Shown here one piece after another: positions 57,801 through 64,000 of a stretch of 64,000 nucleotides of DNA (positions are counted from its first letter, which is position 1; every line of letters begins with the position of its first letter). The notes beneath the pieces were generated by a model. That model did not search any database. It worked only from the letters and a program-made list of their open reading frames with translations, and was not told where the DNA came from. The DNA lies in the IMG/VR virus record IMGVR_UViG_3300021964_010186, positions 1 to 64,000 of that record; one strand, 5' to 3'. Source of the DNA: a virus. A program made the position numbers and the translations under genes.

Positions 57801-60800
57801 CCACCGAGCTCACCGCCAGGATGTCACCGTTGTCGTTGGCCGCTATCCTGTGACCGAATCTCTGTCCCGAACCACCCGCTGGTGCCTCTATGGTGTAGTC
57901 CTGTGTCCAGGTGTCGTACGTTGATCCATCTGCTCCTATGCCCCAGGTGTACATGTACACCCTACCGGTGTCATTGCTGTGTCCGGGTGCTGAAACGAAC
58001 AGGTACTTGTCTGCCGTGGTCCTCACAGATGATGTGCCTGGCTCTGATATCTTATGCGCCCATCCAAAATTCTGTGATGCGGCATCGACCGGTGGTGTGA
58101 TCGTGTTGAGTATTCCGTACTTGAATGTGCTGGAATCCCACAAGTAGATCTTGACAAGTCCTGAATCCGAGAATCTAGTGCTTCCGTCTGACCCCACCGC
58201 GTTCGTGTATGGCGCTCCTGCCACAACGAAGTTCTCGTCAGTGCTGATCGAAAGTGACTCGCCCAACCTACTGGTGTTGTCGTCGTTGTCGGTCATCGTT
58301 GCCGTTAACTGCGTCTGTAGTAGCGTTCCCGCCGCGGACGATGTCCTGAACAAGAAGTGTACTTCACCTTGACCTTTGCCTGGTGCTGAAACTATCACTG
58401 TCCTTCCGTCATTCCTTGCTACTATCCTATGACCGAACTCCTGCTCTGTGGTGCTGATGTCTGGGGACAGTACTAATCCTGTGGTGTATGGATCCTGTTT
58501 CTCGTACACACGCCACAACCCCGAACTGTCAGCGTCCGCGAAAACCTTGTCTCCCTCACGCTCTATGTCGTCATCCTTGTCCTGGTACTCCGAGTAACTG
58601 ATCAGATCGTTGACATTGTCCATGGACGCCAACCTTACCGATATGAATTTGTACACGTTGCCATAACTGTCTGCAGTTGATCCGTCCTCCAGCGCAGGTA
58701 TGAATCCCACGTTGCCGGTGTAGTCTATTATGACAGTCTTGTGGTCAGGTGTGCTTGATACCCTGTATACGCCGTTCAGTGTTGGTTCCTCGCTGTTGGC
58801 TATGGCAAAGTAATCGGCCTGTGTGCTTGTTGTCCCCGCCGACAAGCCATGTGATCCCGTGAACGTGATCTCTAGTTGTGTGGAACTATCGACCAGTCTA
58901 AGGTCTGCTATCTTGACACCTGCGTTGGTGATCCTGAACACGTCCCAATCCCTGTTGCTCTTGTTTGCCACCCACACTAGGTCATTGGTGGTTATGGCGT
59001 TCATGTCTAGATTGAGTATCTCATCTATGTTGAATGCAGTGTGTTGTACCTGTTGCAGTTGTGGGTATCCCGCCGTCTTGTATACCTGTGCCGTGTCTCT
59101 GTCCACGCCCTGCTTGGTGTAGTCCAACCTGGCGAAGGTGTTGGCCGCCGTGTACTCAACTGGCTTGTAGTAGAACTTGTTCTTGGCTATGGCCTCTGAT
59201 CTGGCATACTCCACCGTGCCAGAGGATGTGTCCAACAGCTCTATGCTCTGCGGGTCGGCGGTTATCTCATCATTGCTTAGAGTTATCTGTATGTTTTCTA
59301 CGGAATCAGTGTTGCCGAACTTGCCGGTACGTATCATCCATTCCGGATAGAGATCCAGCGTGATGTCCTCGCCCTCGTACTTGGCTTTTAGGATCCTGTC
59401 TATGGCGTTCTGTGTTCCCTTCTCCCTGATGTAGCCCTGGTAGAACTTGTACTGTGACACGTCATTGACGAAAAGGTTCTCCAGGTAGTCCCTACTCTGG
59501 TAACCGATCAACCTCTGTGCCAACTGTTGCTGTGATTCATCGAAGTTGTTGGTCTCCAGGTTGTAGAAGTCATTGAACTGTGCGATTTTGTATTCGAAGT
59601 TTGGTATCAACTGCGGTGCTGGCTTGTCTGACTTTAAGATCCAAGTGGTGCTGTCAAAACTCGTGCCGGAGTTATGATTGATTTTGGCCACGTAGAACTT
59701 GCCTTGGTACTCCACACTGTCACCTATCCTGTAGTCAGTGTTGGCCAACCAGTATGTGACCTGTGCGGCGTCGAACATGAAGCCCGGTGCGTAGTAGTCA
59801 CCGTTCCATCCGGCCGTCTTCCATCCCACCAATTTCAATCTCTGTTGTCTGAATCCAGTGAATGGTTCATATATGATATCCGAGAACACTGTGCTGTTGT
59901 CGAATAATAAAACGTGTTCCTTCTGTACTGTGTTCAAGGCGATGTTGTATAGACCTATGCTGTCTGACTTGATCCCCAGCTCAAACGTCTTACCTATTCT
60001 CTTGGTGGAAATTTCTCGTACGTCTATCTTCCTGCCGCCCGCATCTAGTATGGAGTAATCTCCCGCCAGGTTCCTTAATTTACCCACGATGCTGTTGTTC
60101 GTGTCCAGTTCGAAACCGTCCGCGGCGGGTGATACCGTCACCGCCGATCCTGGTGACCACTCCTGTGTGGTCCAGAAAAGGAATTCCCTCACGGCGTTTG
60201 ACCAGTTCAGTGTTTCCTTCAGTTCATTCGAGAACTTGTTGAATCGGAATCCCTGTGATTCCAACCAGTGGCCGTATCCAAACAGGAAGTCGGCAACATC
60301 CTGTATGGTGTTAAAAACATATCCATAAGGTATGGTCTGTACCGTTTCTTGATAGTTGGTGTATTGTTTAATCTGTTGCGATCCCTGTACCGAGACCGAC
60401 GTGCTGGTGGTGGTCCTGATGGGATAGTTGAAATTGAAGTATGGTTTGACCGTGCTGTAACCCAGTACCTTGTATCCACCTAACAGCGTTGATCCGTCTT
60501 CGCTTACATCGGTGTTTTTCTCTATCAACACTCCAGAATAGTTGAAACTCTCCACGGGATTTGACGTCCTGAACAGTATCTTGTAGTTCTCGTCTGGTAT
60601 GAATTTGGAACCCGAGGTCGACCCAGGTGAAACGGAATCCGTCAGCACCTTGATGTTGTCTTTGTCTGTGAATCCGCCCAACTTGTAGGCCAACTGCACG
60701 GTGAGATTCTTCATCTTCTTGTAGTAGAACGTGATGGGATCTAGATTCTTAGACACCAGATAGTTGACCACTAAAGGCTGATAGCCCGCCGTCTGGTATC

Positions 60801-63800
60801 TCGTGATCGTGCCGGTGGCTAGATCTGTTACAGTCTCTAAATGATACTTGGCGGTGGCCAATGTTTTCCTGATACCAGTCTCTGAATATATCTGATTGCC
60901 CGCCGTGTTGGTCGTGAGCCTAGATGGATCAAAGAAGTTAGAGAAGAACCTAGCCGGTTTGGTAAGTGCCAGTGCCTTCATCACAGTGAATGGATAAGAG
61001 CTAGATCTCCTCCATGCCGTCTCCGCTGGTGCTTGATCCCCGAACTTCCATGCGTTCTGCCTGCCTGGTATGTCAAAGTTGTCTATCAGTCCGGCCGCTA
61101 TGGGATCCAGTAGATTGCCCGAAGCGTCAACCGGTAGGTATGACCTTATGGTTGATTTGCCGTACCTGCCTGGCTCCGTGGCTATCTTGTTCCACAGCAC
61201 GTCGTTGCCTGACGTGTAAGGTGCGGTTCCATAGGTGGCGTCCCAATCTGCCGGTTTCTCTGAGTGTCCGAGCATCTCCCATGGTCTTGTGTGTGGGGAG
61301 TCCGTGTCGTAGAAATATTTGTAGATGCCCCTCCAGTGTCCTGGCAAGGTCTGGTTGTTCAACCTGTCAGTGGATCTGGCGTAGTTGTATGTGAATGGTG
61401 AGCCTTCAGAGAATGTGGTGTTGTTGATGTACTGCACGTTGTTTCTTCCCGCCCATAGGTAGAAGTCTGGTCCCATCACATCATTAATTTCCTGTAGAGT
61501 GTAATCCGTTGAGGTGAACGCACTAGGCATCACATCATGGATGTCCAACAATGTTGAATCGTATGCTGTCTTACAGTTGTTGTAGATCCTCTTTTCTAAT
61601 TCCAGTATAAGGTCATCGCGCTCATCACCATAGGCCTTGATCATTGATCCATCGTGTCTCCTGATCATGGTCTGATTAGTGATGTATGTGTCGTCCGTGA
61701 AAGATTCTGGTTTGAACTTAGGATATATGCCCAACTTGGTAGGTGAAGGTGGCATGTAACTGCCTGTGGTGTCCGGGTAGTCCTTGATCACTATCTTATC
61801 CCCTTCTTCCAATGCCTTTGTTATGTTGACGCTGTCATCAGAGGTACTGAAAGTGTAATCTGTGCCTAGAAGCAGTTGAACATTGTTTAAGTAAACGTAG
61901 ACTGCCCTGTTGCTAGGAGTTGTAATATCATGCTGTGAATCCAAAGCATATTCCGTCTGTGATGATCCCATCACAGTGTAATTCCTCACAGACACGTTCT
62001 CTCCCCATCCCATCATGTCCTCGTAGAAGAACGGGAAGGTGTTGTTCCTGCCTGGCGTGATGACTGTTATGATCTCGTCCACCCTGTCAGCGGCCACTCC
62101 CTCGTAGGCCGTGCCGATGGCGTGCGTCAAGAAAGCGTTGTACCATTTCTCGTACTCCTGGTTGACGTAGTCTATGGCCGATGCCATGTTGGTCTCTTGA
62201 TCTATCAGGCCAAACACTGCGGGCAATAAAGGTGCCTCGTGCTGGTGTATGCTACCACCCTTCAACCTTGCGTCTGGTTTGTCTCGTAAATTACTTTTCC
62301 CTGGAATGGCACCTGTCACTTCCTGGTTCTTGTCAAATATGTCCCTCACGTGGTTCAGTATCTGTCCATATGTGAACGTGCCCAACTGCTGGTTGAGGCT
62401 GTTGGTTGCCAGGTTCTCTGGGATCTCGTATATACCCTTGTCCACGATCTTGTCAGCACTGCTGTGCGCCGCTATCCTTATTTGGTCATTGACTTTTAGT
62501 TCGCTGTTGAATCTGATGTACTTGTTCTTTGTTCCATTGACCAGCGTGTAGTCAGTCGTGATTGTTTTCCTGGTCCCGTTAACGGACACTGACACTTCTA
62601 GGTCAGTCAGTGAGGCAGAATTCTTGTAAAAGTCTATCGGGAACAACTGTTTCTCCGTGTCGTCAACTATGAAAGTTCTGATCACCCTCTGTCTGCTCTC
62701 GTTGGTCCTTTTGATCCAGGCGCTCCTTGAGTTGTGCGTGGTCCTGCCTGTGGTGTAGTGTAGGTGTCCTTCCGCCAGGTTCTTTGTGAGCGTCTTTGAC
62801 CCACTCTTGTAGGTAAACGTGCCCGACGTATGGTCCGATTCAAAAACGATGTCTCCCACGTTGTTGATGGTGTTGTACTTGACCTTTATGCCCAGCACAG
62901 TGTCTGTGGTAGCCGTGTCTGATGTGGCGTACGAGAACACCTTGGCTCCAGTGAACGATGAGTTTGGATACGTTGTTGTGTCAGCGAATGACACGTGATT
63001 GTTGTCCCACATTCCAAACAAAGGCTGTTGGTTGACGCCGGTCTTCTGTTGTGAGGCCGTCCATGATTCAGTTGTGCCATCGTAGTAGAAGGTCTTGCCC
63101 TGGTTCGTTGTGCCGAACTCTATGAACACGCTGTCCAGCGCTGTCGGTGTGCCATCGGTGGCCTCGGTCAATGCGATCACCTGTGTGGAATCACCCGCCG
63201 TCACGAAGTACACGTCGTATATCTTGTTCTTGACTATGGGATCCGTGTCAGAGGCGAAGATGACCCTCATGCCGTTCGCCAACGCTAGGCCGTCCACTAT
63301 GTAACCGGTCTGTCCCACCACGTTGCTGAACGCGTCCGTGGTAACTGTGTCGTACAGAGTGACCGATCTCTTGGCCACCGTACCGTGGTTGTAAAGTGCC
63401 AGTCCCGAGTCGAACTCTATGATGGGTCTCTTGGCCCTGTCGTCCTCGTTCAGTGTAGGGGTGTAGCCTCCCACCCTGGCCGTCTCCTCGATCACGGATT
63501 TGTGGAACCACCTGTTGTATCTCGACCAGGCGTTCTGGTCCTGCGAGTCCCTCTTGATTGTTATGTAGTCTTTTGTGTCTGGGGTGTAGTAGGCCTTGGC
63601 GTAGGGTCTTGTGTCATATCCCACCTGGTCATAGAGTATGGTGGTCTCCGTGGCGTAACTGCCCGGGGTGATCAGATCGTCAACGTCCGTTAACGTTATT
63701 GCATCTCCCACGCCCTCCACGAAGTACTCCTTGCTCTGGTATGTGGATGCCACCAGTGAATTGGTAAATTTTATCTTCATGCCATTGGACAGTGCCAGCG

Positions 63801-63999
63801 TCCTCAGGCTGTAATTCTTGACCCCTATGATGTCGTCTGCTGGATTGATTGACGTGGTTGCAGTGGCGTCCTTGATCTGAAGTATGCCGTACATGGCGTC
63901 ATGGTTGCCACACTGGTAATATAATGTGTCTGGTGCACCTGAAGTGGGCACCGTGAAGGTGACCGTTCCCTTGTCCGTGCCGTTGTTGGTCACTCCCGT
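51892..63999 (-). CDS. Giant (>4030 aa) virion structural protein, baseplate/tail-associated, 5'-truncated
   Basis: Uninterrupted 12-kb frame open to the right edge; FG-GAP-like repeats, GDGSTxxF repeat domains, GGSGY..AP.V motif, YYQCxxHxxM motif. Confidence 0.85.
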   Translation of the reverse strand, partial: TGVTNNGTDKGTVTFTVPTSGAPDTLYYQCGNHDAMYGILQIKDATATTSINPADDIIGVKNYSLRTLALSNGMKIKFTNSLVASTYQSKEYFVEGVGDAITLTDVDDLITPGSYATETTILYDQVGYDTRPYAKAYYTPDTKDYITIKRDSQDQNAWSRYNRWFHKSVIEETARVGGYTPTLNEDDRAKRPIIEFDSGLALYNHGTVAKRSVTLYDTVTTDAFSNVVGQTGYIVDGLALANGMRVIFASDTDPIVKNKIYDVYFVTAGDSTQVIALTEATDGTPTALDSVFIEFGTTNQGKTFYYDGTTESWTASQQKTGVNQQPLFGMWDNNHVSFADTTTYPNSSFTGAKVFSYATSDTATTDTVLGIKVKYNTINNVGDIVFESDHTSGTFTYKSGSKTLTKNLAEGHLHYTTGRTTHNSRSAWIKRTNESRQRVIRTFIVDDTEKQLFPIDFYKNSASLTDLEVSVSVNGTRKTITTDYTLVNGTKNKYIRFNSELKVNDQIRIAAHSSADKIVDKGIYEIPENLATNSLNQQLGTFTYGQILNHVRDIFDKNQEVTGAIPGKSNLRDKPDARLKGGSIHQHEAPLLPAVFGLIDQETNMASAIDYVNQEYEKWYNAFLTHAIGTAYEGVAADRVDEIITVITPGRNNTFPFFYEDMMGWGENVSVRNYTVMGSSQTEYALDSQHDITTPSNRAVYVYLNNVQLLLGTDYTFSTSDDSVNITKALEEGDKIVIKDYPDTTGSYMPPSPTKLGIYPKFKPESFTDDTYITNQTMIRRHDGSMIKAYGDERDDLILELEKRIYNNCKTAYDSTLLDIHDVMPSAFTSTDYTLQEINDVMGPDFYLWAGRNNVQYINNTTFSEGSPFTYNYARSTDRLNNQTLPGHWRGIYKYFYDTDSPHTRPWEMLGHSEKPADWDATYGTAPYTSGNDVLWNKIATEPGRYGKSTIRSYLPVDASGNLLDPIAAGLIDNFDIPGRQNAWKFGDQAPAETAWRRSSSYPFTVMKALALTKPARFFSNFFDPSRLTTNTAGNQIYSETGIRKTLATAKYHLETVTDLATGTITRYQTAGYQPLVVNYLVSKNLDPITFYYKKMKNLTVQLAYKLGGFTDKDNIKVLTDSVSPGSTSGSKFIPDENYKILFRTSNPVESFNYSGVLIEKNTDVSEDGSTLLGGYKVLGYSTVKPYFNFNYPIRTTTSTSVSVQGSQQIKQYTNYQETVQTIPYGYVFNTIQDVADFLFGYGHWLESQGFRFNKFSNELKETLNWSNAVREFLFWTTQEWSPGSAVTVSPAADGFELDTNNSIVGKLRNLAGDYSILDAGGRKIDVREISTKRIGKTFELGIKSDSIGLYNIALNTVQKEHVLLFDNSTVFSDIIYEPFTGFRQQRLKLVGWKTAGWNGDYYAPGFMFDAAQVTYWLANTDYRIGDSVEYQGKFYVAKINHNSGTSFDSTTWILKSDKPAPQLIPNFEYKIAQFNDFYNLETNNFDESQQQLAQRLIGYQSRDYLENLFVNDVSQYKFYQGYIREKGTQNAIDRILKAKYEGEDITLDLYPEWMIRTGKFGNTDSVENIQITLSNDEITADPQSIELLDTSSGTVEYARSEAIAKNKFYYKPVEYTAANTFARLDYTKQGVDRDTAQVYKTAGYPQLQQVQHTAFNIDEILNLDMNAITTNDLVWVANKSNRDWDVFRITNAGVKIADLRLVDSSTQLEITFTGSHGLSAGTTSTQADYFAIANSEEPTLNGVYRVSSTPDHKTVIIDYTGNVGFIPALEDGSTADSYGNVYKFISVRLASMDNVNDLISYSEYQDKDDDIEREGDKVFADADSSGLWRVYEKQDPYTTGLVLSPDISTTEQEFGHRIVARNDGRTVIVSAPGKGQGEVHFLFRTSSAAGTLLQTQLTATMTDNDDNTSRLGESLSISTDENFVVAGAPYTNAVGSDGSTRFSDSGLVKIYLWDSSTFKYGILNTITPPVDAASQNFGWAHKISEPGTSSVRTTADKYLFVSAPGHSNDTGRVYMYTWGIGADGSTYDTWTQDYTIEAPAGGSGQRFGHRIAANDNGDILAVSSVAPGNAGKVEIFIKTSQSNDGSTQNSFALAQTITGVASDGSSLNTAFGESLAMNKDGTTLIIGAPGVDGTDNPDTGAVYYYKWNADDSTNTYTLQQTISSPESQTNMKFGTALDINQSGTRIVIGSENFANSREMKFDSGETTFDLQDTNFVDLNTGSGGAFTATMYNTKFVIDDKLINNSVSENDDFGRGVCMIDNSVFVGSPQDDGNIDTADGSSKISNDGTVACFDLTVNGEYAWKNLVTETPLMDIDKLGQVFEFNNKTKQIRDYYELYDPIKGRILGLADREINIKTTWDPATYNFGPNANSKTPWAENHKGEIWWDLSTVKWLWYEQDTQEYRTNTWGKFFPGSSIDIYEWTESTLLPSEWNNRIRGTGQTISGTALYGDNSQYTVVQKYSSRLDAFVNYYYYWVRNKSTVPTDSVVNRKNSASYVANLIANPTRFDFKYYSITGTNKFVINNVKDLVNNDIVLNIDIRTNTFDGDAHSVWKLAREGDKEYRPGQQIETRWWDSLIGKNSAGDLVPDVELPLNEKYGNNTRPRQSWYVDRYSALKEIIDYANSVLKKNQLVGQINLTNLDAKDPEPTAESLEWDSSVDTYAELTYINTADLSGTVKYLVKADETANNFWAIYTWDGTEWSRTKIQTYNTSAYWSYTDWYKTTGDMAHDEDTKIDKQVTYQYELDTLELAVGKHVKVTSADTGGWKLFMRTATGWENVGTENGTIRLSTKLYDYSQDSTGFAGEDNFDDNFFDQEPSIETRKILTALRDDLFINDLAVEYNTLFFTGLRKVLEEQTYVDWMFRTSFINAKNSVRQLDQRKTYTTGTDSWIESYINEVKPFHTKLREYKLGYTGTDTQDGIFTDFDNPPFYDSDTGKIRSLNVSLDTDKLTQYPWQMWNDYHKKYVQSITVTAGGSGYEVAPTVTIVGGTTGSTGPFQIQATSSSGATSGSFGYYYPLFTSQKQAEIYDSQNGGAGTTKSYTFDGYSGTFYGPTASTSEAQGTKSGTFKMYVTPTTTAATATATIRDGAVTRITVTGIGANYTATPTVILSGGKTDGSTPTDTAKAYANLNNDLVRDFDTTIKFDRVSSTSRVVDWAASTSYAYNDLIRYNDQLYKVTNAFTSTTDFDDNIGSVYKVYGNETGLTAADRTKGFYTPGTGMPGNELDQVMLGVDYGGTMVTGLLFNQEQGWDRSGWYDFPWDNYGNSRVKAFRADGSTASYTFDTAPATTEVYQVYLTQDDSTRKKLSDVIRGDGSTATFTISETPEENALVEFIPFDDDGVLTPTDDRTLDSIIKGGLFTSALGYAPSDILLEGDGFVTPDTSYAPEEVVPGQLFDTLDIKVYTSPESGVPFISEKNYRGDGLTTTYSIGDYPGTLGSVTVAVDGVIKKLTTDYTVDVANKTITFTSAPASLSVISTKVFAISGENYRVLDTFTGDGSTAVFLTSTRGEFNLDSTSSDMYITIDGVPTTAYTTTTTANTITVTFTSAPAAGEFIQVAGFNKSTTSTRSYASISNQAITYDGSTNRHTLTYPPGSIGPYSGLTMVEVNGRMLRGPDNTYYLGDGSTYTYGVVSGLGEDSTVDPAKTITSASQVQVFVNGVQKNLNTDYTVDIGNQNVEFVSGAVPTSTDVICISTLVDNHYYNEGTDIILLPSAITSPYSLSSSDVISVTTFNNALGMKQRREVLEGQPSGEFYLRFKPLNATYMYVWLNGEQITQGSYFTSDDTKITIVGKTITSADRLDVMYFALDSAVGATGFRIFKDMMNRTFYKRISKTATTKLTKDMTEGTQTITVADGTVLGTPNVASNTPGVIFIDKERIEYFTKSGNTLGQLRRGTLGTGIKEHGSGTEVVDASGTQTIPYADTVYTTTFTGDGSTLTFALSQTPSSASELDIFIGGQRLLLTSEDGSTINYSVDGSTTAVTLHTTAPASGTQIKILHKKGQVWYTGADGNPADGKGLQASTTQQARFIAQEPTNAPE

Positions 64000-64000
64000 G

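Noticed and set aside
1-64000. Numerous opposite-strand and alternate-frame ORFs in the track (e.g. 601-1299 -, 3465-4067 -, 29328-29921 +, 47629-48069 +)
   Set aside because: They are shadows of well-supported genes caused by codon bias or Gly-rich sequence, with no recognisable motifs.
1-64000. Stop-codon reassignment
   Set aside because: Recognisable genes are full length in the standard code, and TAA, TAG and TGA all end genes at tight junctions.
1-64000. tRNA, rRNA, CRISPR array, integrase/transposase, intron or intein
   Set aside because: Intergenic gaps are under ~100 bp and show no such structures; no spaced repeats or interrupted genes were seen by eye.

Overview
This window is a segment of a large (jumbo-type) tailed dsDNA phage genome. 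The likely host is an aquatic alphaproteobacterium, inferred from the TrxB, peroxiredoxin, PsiE and AT-rich dehydrogenase sequences. It has two converging gene blocks. The + strand block (1-24774) holds a dispersed 7-deazaguanine locus: a DpdA-like TGT-fold transglycosylase, a QueD/DpdL-like T-fold protein, FolE, QueE and YhhQ. These are interleaved with a glycosyltransferase-GalE pair, GMP reductase, a purine PRTase and a TrxB/peroxiredoxin/CDGSH-like redox module, followed by a 5'-3' exonuclease, a MoxR-AAA/VWA pair and conserved hypotheticals. The - strand block (24745-64000) holds a giant (>4030 aa) virion protein and several tail/fibre paralogs. Downstream of these is a ~19-kb tightly coupled modification operon with five N-terminal-twitch radical SAM enzymes, about five glycosyltransferase-like proteins, SGNH-like proteins, a carbamoyltransferase, an APS-kinase-like protein and an amino-sugar pathway. 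The best candidates for undescribed systems are (i) a glycosylated or otherwise further-modified 7-deazaguanine DNA base and (ii) a radical-SAM-rich virion glycan pathway, whose possible target is the strongly repeated DGST motif in the giant virion protein. Sigma70 and TAAATA promoter motifs repeatedly sit 5-7 nt from start codons, suggesting leaderless mRNAs. AT-rich cassettes punctuate the region, one flanked by a 20-bp direct repeat. All calls come from visual motif recognition; no database searches were run.
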